A stretch of DNA of 64,000 nt from an uncultured Candidatus Micrarchaeota archaeon (GTDB taxonomy: Archaea > Micrarchaeota > Micrarchaeia > Anstonellales > Bilamarchaeaceae). The notes under the pieces are model-generated. The model saw nothing but the letters and a program-made list of their open reading frames with translations, did not search any database and was not told where the DNA came from. Location of the stretch: contig CAIKOA010000014.1 in NCBI GenBank assembly GCA_903828955.1, positions 6,359 through 70,358 of the forward strand. The letters run 5' to 3'. Shown here in pieces: positions 45,675 to 54,974 of the stretch (positions are counted from its first letter, which is position 1; each line of letters starts with the position of its first letter). The position numbers and the translations under genes were made by a program.

Positions 45675-48600
45675 TCATTCTCCGTATTCATCCATAGGCC
45701 GGATATCGAGCTCTTTTTTCTGCAATGTATCTATCGCTTTAAGGAGCGCAAACGCAGTATTCACATTCATTATGCAGGGTATCTTGTTCTGGATGCTCGC
45801 ATTCCGCATGAGGATGCCGTCTTCCTGCGCCTTTATCCTCTTCCCAGGGGTATTGATTACAATTCCAACGCGCCTCCCTTCAATCAAATCCAATACGTTC
45901 GGGTATCCATTGCTTATTTTCGGGATTGCAACCGCATTCTCCACCGCCCCAACCGTCCCAATCGTCCCGTATATCTTGAAACCGAGCTTCCGCAGCATCG
46001 CGGCAAGCTCATCCACATAATCATGGTCCTCATCGCGGAGGCTCAGGAAAGCCGCCTTGCTCCCTTTATCCAGGTCTATTCCGGATGCAAGCATCGCCTT
46101 GTAGTAAGCCATCTCAAAACTCTTCCCGATACCCATTGTTTCCCCGGTGCTCTTCATCTCAGGCCCCAGGCGGATATCGCTTCCAAGAAGCTTCAGGAAC
46201 GGAAAAACCACGCTCTTTACCGCGTAATGGCCTCCTTTAGGAGTTATTTTTGGGATTTTTTCCCCAACCATTGCCTTCACTGCAAGTTTTGCAAGCGGAA
46301 TCCCAATCGCCTTGCTCACAAACGGAACGGTCCTGCTTGCACGGGGGTTTGCCTCAAGTATGTATACGGTCCCCTTCTTCACAACAAACTGGATATTTAT
46401 GAGCCCGATTATCCCGAGCTCTTTGATTAGTTTTTCCGTATACTCGATTATTTTCTCCTCTTCCTTCTCGCTCAGCCTCATATTCGGGATTACAATGTTC
46501 GCATCCCCGGAATGTATTCCCGCAGGCTCGATATGCTCCATTATCCCGCTTATGAAATGGTTTTCGCCGTCGCTTATCGCATCCACTTCACATTCTATCG
46601 CATTGTCCAGGTATCTATCTATCAGAACGGGCTTGTTCTCGCTCAGCAATACCGCCTCATCAATATAATCAAGAAGCTCGTTCTCATCCATCACTATTTC
46701 CATTCCGCGCCCGGCAATTACGTAGCTTGGCCGCACCACAACCGGATATCCGATCCTGGAAGCAACCGCAACCGCCTCATCCCTTCCCATTGCAATTCCG
46801 TTTTCCGGCTGCGGAATCCCAATCTTTCTCGCAAGGGCGCTGAATTTCTCCCTGTCCTCCGCAACATCTATCCCTTCCACGGAAGTCCCGAGTATTTTCA
46901 CCCCGGCTTTATGCAGTTGCTCCGCAAGGTTGAGGCTGGTCTGCCCCCCAAGCTGCACAATCACCCCGTAGGGTTTCTCGTTCTCAATAATGTTCATTAC
47001 ATCTTCGAAAACAAGCGGCTCGAAATAGAGCCGGTCGCTTGAATCAAAATCCGTGCTCACCGTTTCCGGGTTGTTGTTTATCATGATGCTCTTGTATCCC
47101 ATTTCCCTTATCGCAAATGCGGCGTGAGAGCAGCAGTAGTCGAACTCTATTCCCTGCCCAATCCTTATCGGCCCGGAGCCCAGAATTACAATCTTCTTCC
47201 CGTCCATTTCGGCCGCTTCATTCTCTTTTTCATAAGTAGAATAATAATAGGGGGTCAGCGCCTCGAATTCCCCTGCGCAGGAATCCACCACCTTGTAGAC
47301 CGGAATAATTCCGAGCTCCTTCCTAATTTTCCGGATTTCCATTTCACCTTTGCCGCAAAGCTTCCCTATCTGCGCATCTGAAAAGCCCGCGCGTTTTGCT
47401 TCCAAGATTATTTCTCTGGAGAGCCCCGCTCCTCCTTCCGCTCCGCTTTCCTTAATCCCATTCTCAATTGCAATCATTTCAGCAATCCTATTCAGGAACC
47501 ACCTGTTGATTTTGGTTTTAGAGTGTATCTCTTCAGCAGTAGCCCCATTGCGCATCGCCATAAGTATTGCAAAAAGGCGCAAATCCGTAGGAGTCTGGAT
47601 GTGCTCCTCCATCTTCATCTCTTTTGGAATTTTCACTTCGAGGGAACGTATCGCCTTGTTCAGGGATTCGGGGAAAGTCCGTCCAATCGACATCACTTCC
47701 CCGGTGCTCTTCATCTGCGTCCCTATCCTTCTGGAGGTGCCCGGGAATTTATCAAAAGGCCATCTCGGGATTTTCGTAACAATATAATCCAATGCGGGCT
47801 CAAATGCCGCAGAAGTGCCGGTAATTGCATTCTTTATTTCGTGGAGCTTTTCTCCAAGTGCGATTTTTGCGGCAACGCGGGCAATCGGGTATCCGGTTGC
47901 CTTGGACGCAAGTGCGGAAGAGCGGGACAATCTCGGGTTGATTTCGATTACGCTGAATTCCCCGGTATCCTCGTTGAATGAGAACTGCACATTGCAGCTT
48001 CCCTTTATCCCGACCGCATGCACAATCTTCAGGGCGGCGTCCCTCAGCATCTGGTGGTCGCAATCGCTCAAGGTCTGGGAGGGCGCAACCACGATGCTTT
48101 CCCCGGTATGCACGCCCATAGGGTCAAAATTCTCCATATTGCAGATAATTGCCGCATTCCCGTCCGCATCCCGGATTACTTCGTACTCAAATTCGCCCCA
48201 TCCGATTACGCTCTTCTCAACGAGCGCTTCCCCGGTTGCGCTGAAACGGACCGCAGAGCCGACAATCTGCCGGAGTTCTCCTTCATTGTATGCGGTTCCG
48301 CCTCCGGTGCCTCCTAAAGTGAACGAAGGCCGGATAATAAGCGGATAACCAATCTCATCCGCAAACTTCTTTGCGCCCTCAAAATCCTTCACTGTTTTCC
48401 CCGGAAGAATCGGAACCCCTATCTTCTCCATCAAGCGGTTGAATTTCTCCCGGGACTCCGCAAGCTCGATCGATTCGGCATCGGTCCCAAGGAAGGCAAC
48501 CCCGTATTTTTTCAGGACCCCTCCGTTGTGCAATTCCATCGCAAGGTTAAGCCCGGTCTGCCCCCCAACAGTTGCAAGTATTCCATCCGGGCGTTCCTTC

Positions 48601-48839
48601 TCAATTATTTTTTCCAAAACTTCAAATGTAAGGGGCTCGATGTAAACCTTGTCCGCAACCTCCTTATCCGTCTGGATTGTTGCGGGGTTTGAATTCACAA
48701 GGACTACGGAAACCCCCTCTTCCCGGAGAGCCCTGCACGCCTGCGTTCCCGAGTAATCGAATTCCGCGGATTGTCCAATCACGATTGGGCCGCTTCCAAT
48801 CACGAGGACCTTTTTTATCGCCGCAGCCCTCCCTTCCAT
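45675..48839 (-). CDS. carB: Carbamoyl-phosphate synthase large subunit
   Basis: 1054 aa with duplicated ATP-grasp halves and an MGS-like C-terminal domain. Confidence 0.95.
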   Translation of the reverse strand: MEGRAAAIKKVLVIGSGPIVIGQSAEFDYSGTQACRALREEGVSVVLVNSNPATIQTDKEVADKVYIEPLTFEVLEKIIEKERPDGILATVGGQTGLNLAMELHNGGVLKKYGVAFLGTDAESIELAESREKFNRLMEKIGVPILPGKTVKDFEGAKKFADEIGYPLIIRPSFTLGGTGGGTAYNEGELRQIVGSAVRFSATGEALVEKSVIGWGEFEYEVIRDADGNAAIICNMENFDPMGVHTGESIVVAPSQTLSDCDHQMLRDAALKIVHAVGIKGSCNVQFSFNEDTGEFSVIEINPRLSRSSALASKATGYPIARVAAKIALGEKLHEIKNAITGTSAAFEPALDYIVTKIPRWPFDKFPGTSRRIGTQMKSTGEVMSIGRTFPESLNKAIRSLEVKIPKEMKMEEHIQTPTDLRLFAILMAMRNGATAEEIHSKTKINRWFLNRIAEMIAIENGIKESGAEGGAGLSREIILEAKRAGFSDAQIGKLCGKGEMEIRKIRKELGIIPVYKVVDSCAGEFEALTPYYYSTYEKENEAAEMDGKKIVILGSGPIRIGQGIEFDYCCSHAAFAIREMGYKSIMINNNPETVSTDFDSSDRLYFEPLVFEDVMNIIENEKPYGVIVQLGGQTSLNLAEQLHKAGVKILGTSVEGIDVAEDREKFSALARKIGIPQPENGIAMGRDEAVAVASRIGYPVVVRPSYVIAGRGMEIVMDENELLDYIDEAVLLSENKPVLIDRYLDNAIECEVDAISDGENHFISGIMEHIEPAGIHSGDANIVIPNMRLSEKEEEKIIEYTEKLIKELGIIGLINIQFVVKKGTVYILEANPRASRTVPFVSKAIGIPLAKLAVKAMVGEKIPKITPKGGHYAVKSVVFPFLKLLGSDIRLGPEMKSTGETMGIGKSFEMAYYKAMLASGIDLDKGSKAAFLSLRDEDHDYVDELAAMLRKLGFKIYGTIGTVGAVENAVAIPKISNGYPNVLDLIEGRRVGIVINTPGKRIKAQEDGILMRNASIQNKIPCIMNVNTAFALLKAIDTLQKKELDIRPMDEYGE

Positions 48840-48841
48840 GC

Positions 48842-49927
48842 TCAGCCCTCCATCAGTTTTGCAAACTCATCGAAAAGATGCGCCGAATCATGCGGCCCGG
48901 GGGATGCTTCCGGGTGGTATTGCACGGAGAATATCCCCAATTCCTTATTCCGTATCCCCTCAATGCTCTTGTCGTTCAGGTTCTGGTGGGTAAGTTCAAA
49001 CCCATCCGGGATTTTCCCGACCGCAAAACCATGGTTCTGCGTAGTGATTGCAACTTTTTTCCGGACAAAATCCATTACCGGGTGGTTCGAGCCCCGATGC
49101 CCAAATTTCAGTTTGTAGGTATCCCCGCCGAATGCATGCGCAATTATCTGGTGGCCGAGGCAGACCCCGAAAATAGGCGCGCTTCCAGCCAGTTCGCGGA
49201 CAACTTTATGGATGCTCCCCAGCATCGCCGGGTCCCCAGGCCCATTCGAGAGCATGATTCCATCAGGCCCGATTTCCCTTACCTCTTTTGCACTCGTATT
49301 CGAAGGAAGGATGTGCACTTCGCACCCTCTTTTTACAAGTTCCCGTACAATCCCCCCCTTCACTCCGAAATCAAGCAATGCAACCTTCTTTTCGCCCCCC
49401 GCACCCTCAATTGATTTTTCCCTGGGGCTCACTTCCGAAACAAAATCCATTTTTGAATAGTCGAAATTCTCAAGTTTTTTCAGGAGCGCAGAAGTATCTA
49501 TTTCTCCGCTCTGTGCAGAAATGATTGCGGGCATCACTCCCTTGCTCCGCACATGCCTTGCTAAAAACCGTGTATCCACCCCGCTTATTCCGGGAACTCC
49601 ATTCCTCTCCAGGAATTCATCCAGATTCTCCTGCCCAATCCGGTGCTGGAAATCCCTGCTCAGTTCCCGCACCACAAAGCCACGCGTGTGGACCTCCTTG
49701 CTTTCATAATCCTGTTTATTTACCCCGTAATTCCCAATCAGGGGGTAAGTCATGAGCAATATCTGCCCTCTGTAACTCGGGTCTGTGAGCGCTTCCTGGT
49801 ACCCGCACATTGATGTATTGAAAACAAGCTCCCCTTCAATCTCTTTTTTTGCGCCAAAGCCCGCCCCGTGGAGCACTGTCCCATCCTTTAGCACGAGCAC
49901 GGCCTTCATTAGTCCCACCTGCAGCAA
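48842..49927 (-). CDS. carA: Carbamoyl-phosphate synthase small (glutaminase) subunit
   Basis: Class I glutamine amidotransferase GxCxG (GVCLGHQ) catalytic motif. Confidence 0.9.
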   Translation of the reverse strand: MLQVGLMKAVLVLKDGTVLHGAGFGAKKEIEGELVFNTSMCGYQEALTDPSYRGQILLMTYPLIGNYGVNKQDYESKEVHTRGFVVRELSRDFQHRIGQENLDEFLERNGVPGISGVDTRFLARHVRSKGVMPAIISAQSGEIDTSALLKKLENFDYSKMDFVSEVSPREKSIEGAGGEKKVALLDFGVKGGIVRELVKRGCEVHILPSNTSAKEVREIGPDGIMLSNGPGDPAMLGSIHKVVRELAGSAPIFGVCLGHQIIAHAFGGDTYKLKFGHRGSNHPVMDFVRKKVAITTQNHGFAVGKIPDGFELTHQNLNDKSIEGIRNKELGIFSVQYHPEASPGPHDSAHLFDEFAKLMEG

Positions 49928-50218
49928 TATCGCTGGAAAACCCTTCTCAATATGCCGTAATTAGATTAAAAAACCCAGAATAGCCGGGGATTAAAAGCCT
50001 TCTTTTTCATAATAGTATTTTCTTCTCTTTATTGGATGGAAATATGTGCCTAATCTAGGATTTTTTGGATATTAGGCTAATTTTCCCGGTTCGCAAGCGG
50101 AAATCCTTCGCGGAGCCAGATATGCCATGCTTGGCAGAGGAGTGCATGCGCTCATGCCAAACTAGTAGGAATATGTGTTAAAATATGGTTTTTAAAGTAT
50201 TCGGTACATAATCTATTT

Positions 50219-51025
50219 ATGCAACAAGGCGCAATTACCCTCTTAGGGGTAAAAGCAGGATATCTGGAAGCGCGCAGGCTTGCAAAAGAAAAAGGCGGCA
50301 GGCTCCCCTCCAATGTCCTCCACGATGAATACCTAGTAAGGAGCGACAGATGGAAGGCAATAGCCAGGTATTACGCCGCATGGGCAAGGGAAATTCTCGT
50401 TTACCCCGCAAAAGGCGGGAAATTCAAAGAAGGAAAAGACATTGTTGATTCAGGAACCGGCTGGATTCTTCCTGCGTCCTACGTTCCAAAAGAGGCATTT
50501 GAGAAGACGGGGGTAGGGCTCTTCGTGGACCCCGCAGAGGTTGGGGAAGAACACGGCAGAATAATTGTTCACCCCAAAAGCGGGATGATCGTTCTTGCCC
50601 CGTTTATCCAGGAAAACGGAAATTTCGGGAAAGTTGAGAAGACAACCAGAATCCCGCTCGCGTTGAAATGCGAATCCGAAGCATCTCGGAGATGGCTCAG
50701 CAGAATTGACGGAGTTGGGGTAAGGCCTCTGGTTCGTGGCCGCATCCTCCTTTTCAACGGTCCGCAGGATGTAGATGCCAGCCAGCTGCCCGGCGTTTCT
50801 TTCGGGGTGGCGTTGGAAGATGCCCCTGCGGAGAGCTCTGAAGAAAACGGCTGGGCCCTCTCAGAGAAAAAGCCCCGCGCCGTAATTGCCGGAATAACCG
50901 CAGATCAGCTTAAGCTGCTTGTTGCCAATGCGCAAACTTCTTTGGTCGCGCTTGCGCAGGAAGGAGCTCCTGCAGAGATAGAACGTATATTAAAGCTTCT
51001 CCAGGCATTACGCAAGATAGAATGA
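50219..51025 (+). CDS. Hypothetical protein
   Basis: ORF track; no family recognised. It is preceded by an unusually long (~290 nt) intergenic region. Confidence 0.45.
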   Translation: MQQGAITLLGVKAGYLEARRLAKEKGGRLPSNVLHDEYLVRSDRWKAIARYYAAWAREILVYPAKGGKFKEGKDIVDSGTGWILPASYVPKEAFEKTGVGLFVDPAEVGEEHGRIIVHPKSGMIVLAPFIQENGNFGKVEKTTRIPLALKCESEASRRWLSRIDGVGVRPLVRGRILLFNGPQDVDASQLPGVSFGVALEDAPAESSEENGWALSEKKPRAVIAGITADQLKLLVANAQTSLVALAQEGAPAEIERILKLLQALRKIE

Positions 51026-51049
51026 TCTTCCTTTTGACGGAGGAAAATA

Positions 51050-52204
51050 ATGCTCCTAATCCTGATTTGCCTTATCCTCGGACTTCTTGCGGGCCTAGTT
51101 CCGGGCCTGCATGCAAATACGCTCACTTCCGCCCTCCTTTCCATAAACATCCAGGACGCAACCCTTCCCTTAGCCATAATGGCGATGTTCGGGGCGCAGG
51201 CAATCAGTTCGTATATTCCCGCAATTTTTTTAGGAATTCCGGATGAGCAGGTCGTTCTCTCCGTTCTCCCAGGACAAAGAATGGCTAAGGAAGGAAGGGG
51301 CCTAGACGCACTCACAATAATGGTTTTCTCTTCAATAATTGCAATCCTTGCCTGCATCGCGCTCTTTCCGGTCTCGCAAATTCTTTACCCAATTGTATTT
51401 CCTGCAATCCAGCCCTATCTTCCCCACATCCTAATTCTGGGAGTACTGCTCCTGGTAATACGGAGCAAGAACCCTTTCGGCTATCTATTCGTCTTCGCAG
51501 CAGCAGGAGTTCTCGGAAGGGAAGCCTTCATAGTGAGAATGACCGACCCGTTCCTTCCGCTCTTTTCCGGAATGTTTGCAATGGCGGCAATACTTACTTT
51601 TTCCACTTCCCCGCTCCCAGCGCAGAAGCCCCCAAAAGCGCCCGAAGCCTCAATTCTAAAATATGCACTTGTTGGAGTGCTTTTCGGCTGGATTGCGGAC
51701 CTTCTTCCAGGAGTGGGCTCGCCTGCGCAGATAGCAACCTTTGCTTCAATCCTGGTTCCTTTTGCCTCCGCGCCAGCCTACTTAGCGGCAATCTCCTCAA
51801 TCGGAGTAAGCCAGCCGATTTTCGCACTCTCAACCGCGGCAACAATAGGAAAGGGAAGGGTCGGCTCGGTTGCCGAAGTTTCCAACCTAATTCCAATTTC
51901 TGAAAACCTAATTCCCCTTCTAGCCTTATTCATAATCGGAACCGTTTTCGCCTGCCTTTTCATCATGGTGTTCAGGAAAAAGATTGGAGAGATAGCAAAA
52001 ATAGACTATAAGATGCTCAACCTTTTCCTTGCAATCTACCTGATTGCGATCGTTTTCCTTCTGGATTCCTGGGCAGGCATTTTAGTTTTCGCAGTTTCCA
52101 CCCTGCTCGGGCTTCTATGCATAAGAACCAATGTGGAAAGGACCGCAATGATGGGCGCGATTATTCTCCCGACGATATTGCTCCTTCTCTTCTCAATTAA
52201 CTAA
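51050..52204 (+). CDS. Polytopic membrane protein, TctA/DUF112-like putative transporter
   Basis: Repeated LVPG/LLPGVGSP motifs and >8 TM helices. The family call is tentative. Confidence 0.55.
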   Translation: MLLILICLILGLLAGLVPGLHANTLTSALLSINIQDATLPLAIMAMFGAQAISSYIPAIFLGIPDEQVVLSVLPGQRMAKEGRGLDALTIMVFSSIIAILACIALFPVSQILYPIVFPAIQPYLPHILILGVLLLVIRSKNPFGYLFVFAAAGVLGREAFIVRMTDPFLPLFSGMFAMAAILTFSTSPLPAQKPPKAPEASILKYALVGVLFGWIADLLPGVGSPAQIATFASILVPFASAPAYLAAISSIGVSQPIFALSTAATIGKGRVGSVAEVSNLIPISENLIPLLALFIIGTVFACLFIMVFRKKIGEIAKIDYKMLNLFLAIYLIAIVFLLDSWAGILVFAVSTLLGLLCIRTNVERTAMMGAIILPTILLLLFSIN

Positions 52205-53034
52205 TTCCCCGAAGCAATTTTCTTTATTTCCTCAAGCAGCTCAGGGCCCTTACTCTTGTCTATGAGGGGCCTTCCGGTCTCGGATATTTTCTTCAGGTTT
52301 TTCTTTTCCTTCTCTCCGCTGAAGAAGACTACCTTCCCCCTGCACTCTTCAGGGAGTTTCCAGAAAAGCTCGACTCCATTCTCCGACCCCATGTCAAAAT
52401 CAAGCACTATTGCATCAAAATTCCTATCTTTTGCCAGAATGCCCAGGGCGGATTTATGGGAACCTGCAGAAACAACCGAAGCATCTATGTTTTTAAGAAA
52501 CCGGGCAACGCCCTTCCTAACCATTTCCGTGTCGTCAACGTGAAGAACCCGTATCTGCCTTTGCCCTTCCAACTCAGGGCTCAGAGGGGACATTTCCTCT
52601 ATTTTCGCAACAAGCTCATGGAAGCTCATCTTGTCCAAGTGGGGCCTTCTGCTTTCATTTATTTCAAGGCCGTCACTAGCAGCGCATCCCGAGCTTAAGA
52701 AAATCACTTTTTGCTTTAATTCCGGAGGAAGTTCACGGAAAATTTGGACTCCGCTGAGCCCAACTCTCAGTTGAACCGTAATCAGTATCGCATCAAAGTT
52801 TTTGTCAGTTTCAAGAATCCTAAGTGCGGATTCGGATCCATTTGCAGATACTACCTGGGCCTTAGCCTTCCTACTGAGTAGACGCTCGGTTGCTTTACTC
52901 ACCTGGGGGTCATCTTCAATATGAAGAACCCTTATCCGCTTTTGCCCTTCCAGTGGGGGCCTCCCGCTGAAGCTTCCGCCCGGAGCTCCTTCTGGGGCCA
53001 TTAATCTTTTTGTAATCGGGACCATATTTTGCAC
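52201..53034 (-). CDS. Tandem double response-regulator receiver (REC-REC) protein without output domain
   Basis: There are two CheY-like modules (IRVLH(I/V)(E/D)D ... FDAI(L/V)). Phospho-acceptor Asp candidates are the D in FDAILITVQL and FDAIVLDFDM. Confidence 0.6.
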   Translation of the reverse strand: MQNMVPITKRLMAPEGAPGGSFSGRPPLEGQKRIRVLHIEDDPQVSKATERLLSRKAKAQVVSANGSESALRILETDKNFDAILITVQLRVGLSGVQIFRELPPELKQKVIFLSSGCAASDGLEINESRRPHLDKMSFHELVAKIEEMSPLSPELEGQRQIRVLHVDDTEMVRKGVARFLKNIDASVVSAGSHKSALGILAKDRNFDAIVLDFDMGSENGVELFWKLPEECRGKVVFFSGEKEKKNLKKISETGRPLIDKSKGPELLEEIKKIASGN

Positions 53035-53173
53035 CTATACGTAATACTGTGCATGTTGGTGTTTAAATATGCTCCCCTTCACCATGTGGGGGAGATCCCC
53101 CTCCTGGTGGAACCAACCCCCCTCGGTTTTCCCCTCGCCTCAGATCTCTGAAACGCATCGCACTGCCTTAGCA

Positions 53174-54463
53174 TCAGGGGTGTACCCTGGTCCTATCCCT
53201 TGGGAACATTGCGCACTCGCGTATATTCTCCACACCGCAGAGCTTCATCGTAAGCCTTTCCAGCCCGATGCTCCAGCCAGCATGCGGAGGCGCTCCAGAG
53301 CGGAACGCATCTATGTAAAATTTGAAATTCAATGGGTCCAGCCCCTTCTTCCGCAGCGCATCCTCAAGAAGCGAAGGAAGGTGGATTCTCTGCGCACCGC
53401 TCGAAATCTCAAGCCCGCGGTAAAGCAAATCATAAGCCTTGCAGATTTCCGTATTCGTTTCGTGCGGCATTGAGTAGAATGCGCGGGTTGAAGTCGGCCA
53501 ATCATGAATCATTACCAGTTCCTCCCCAAGAATCTCATCCAGTTTCTTCTCCTGCTCCTTTGTGAAGTCCTGCCCCCATTCCATCGGGCTCCCTTCCGAA
53601 TTCAATTTATCCACAAGAGCGGTATAAGTGTAGCGCGGAACCTTGGAAGGAATTTTCACTTCGCTCTTAAGAACGGAAAGCTCTTCCTGCATTTTGGAAA
53701 CCTCTTTCAGGATGTGCAGGGTAACATCGCTCAGCGTATCCATTCCATCATTATCATCTGCAAAGCCCATCTCCACATCCATCTGCAATACTTCATTCAA
53801 ATGAGTAGTCGTATTGTGCTTCTCCGCCCTCCAGACAGGAGTAGTTATCATTACCTTATCCATCCCGCCCACAACCGCAAGCTGCTTGTAGAGCTGCGGA
53901 GACTGCACAAGGAATGCCTGCTGCTCAAAATACTGGAGCGCAAACACATCGGTTCCGCCTTCGGTTGCCGCTGCAACTATGGAAGCGGGGTGGATTTCCA
54001 CAAACCCTAGTTCAGTGGTCCTCTTCCTGAAGGATTCAATCACTTTCGCCTTAATTGTAAATATAGCGGAAACGTCCCTCTTCCTCAAATCAACGTAGCG
54101 GAAATTCAACCTTGTATCAAGTTCCGAAGGGACAACCCCGGTAGGGTCCACCGGCAATTTCACTTCAACCTTTCCAAGAAGTTCCACTTCCGAAGGAATG
54201 AGTTCAACCCCTCCGGGGGCAACCTTGTTCTCGGAAATTTTTCCCTTAACCGAAATAACATCTTCCTTATTTCTCTTCATTAATTCCATTACCGAATCCG
54301 GAACAACCCCTTTTTTCGCAATTACCTGCATTATCCCGGTCCTGTCTCTCAGCTGGATGAAAATGAGCTTTCCAATATCGCGGATTTCGTGCACCCACCC
54401 CGCAATCTTAACTTCCTGCCCGGCTTTCTTTCTTGCCTCTGAAATGTAATCCGTTCTCATCAT
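53174..54463 (-). CDS. aspS: Aspartyl-tRNA synthetase (archaeal type)
   Basis: LPVDPTGVVPSELDTRLNFRYVDLR, FRAEKHNTTTHL, GGSQR-equivalent and GAPPHAGWSIGLERL motifs align with archaeal AspRS. Confidence 0.9.
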   Translation of the reverse strand: MMRTDYISEARKKAGQEVKIAGWVHEIRDIGKLIFIQLRDRTGIMQVIAKKGVVPDSVMELMKRNKEDVISVKGKISENKVAPGGVELIPSEVELLGKVEVKLPVDPTGVVPSELDTRLNFRYVDLRKRDVSAIFTIKAKVIESFRKRTTELGFVEIHPASIVAAATEGGTDVFALQYFEQQAFLVQSPQLYKQLAVVGGMDKVMITTPVWRAEKHNTTTHLNEVLQMDVEMGFADDNDGMDTLSDVTLHILKEVSKMQEELSVLKSEVKIPSKVPRYTYTALVDKLNSEGSPMEWGQDFTKEQEKKLDEILGEELVMIHDWPTSTRAFYSMPHETNTEICKAYDLLYRGLEISSGAQRIHLPSLLEDALRKKGLDPLNFKFYIDAFRSGAPPHAGWSIGLERLTMKLCGVENIRECAMFPRDRTRVHP

Positions 54464-54562
54464 GAGAATACACCGTTTTAAATTGAATTTTTATGGAATG
54501 TGCCTCTTTTAACACTAACGCTCGCAAAACCCGCTCCTAAAAATAAAATAAAAAACGGGAAA

Positions 54563-54898
54563 CTATTTCCCTATTGTAATCTCAATCGCAGAAACCTTGC
54601 TCAGGCTTCCGTCCTCTGAGGTAAGCTCCTCGGTCTTTACCAGGATGTCCCTTATCTTCATATCATTCAGGAACCTGTTGCGCACTATTTCCTCAACATC
54701 CACGGCCCTTGAGATTAGCTTTCCCCTTGCCTTAATCACAACATGCTCTGCACCGTTGTTGAACTGGGTGACTACCGCAAGCACGTAGCCCATCACGCCT
54801 TTCTTTCCTATGTACACTGTGTTTTCGTCCCGTCTTGGTTCGGTCCTTGGTTGTTCAGCCATTGCTGGTTGTTCTGTCCCTTCAGTCATTTTGCTCAC
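54563..54898 (-). CDS. albA: DNA/RNA-binding protein Alba with ~25-aa N-terminal extension
   Basis: NTVYIGKKGVMGYVLAVVTQFNNGAEHVVIKARGKLISRAVDV matches Alba. Confidence 0.8.
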   Translation of the reverse strand: MSKMTEGTEQPAMAEQPRTEPRRDENTVYIGKKGVMGYVLAVVTQFNNGAEHVVIKARGKLISRAVDVEEIVRNRFLNDMKIRDILVKTEELTSEDGSLSKVSAIEITIGK

Positions 54899-54974
54899 CC
54901 TTTAGCCCTTTCGGGCATCTAAATCTCGACGTATATCTTTTTTAAGATAACTGGCTTCCAATATACTTCCAATT

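Noticed and set aside
46023-48348. Several 85-177-aa plus-strand ORFs inside carB
   Set aside because: All are antisense to the unambiguous 1054-aa carbamoyl-phosphate synthase large subunit.
53069-53473. 134-aa plus-strand ORF
   Set aside because: Overlaps the 3' end of aspS on the opposite strand, with no conserved motif.
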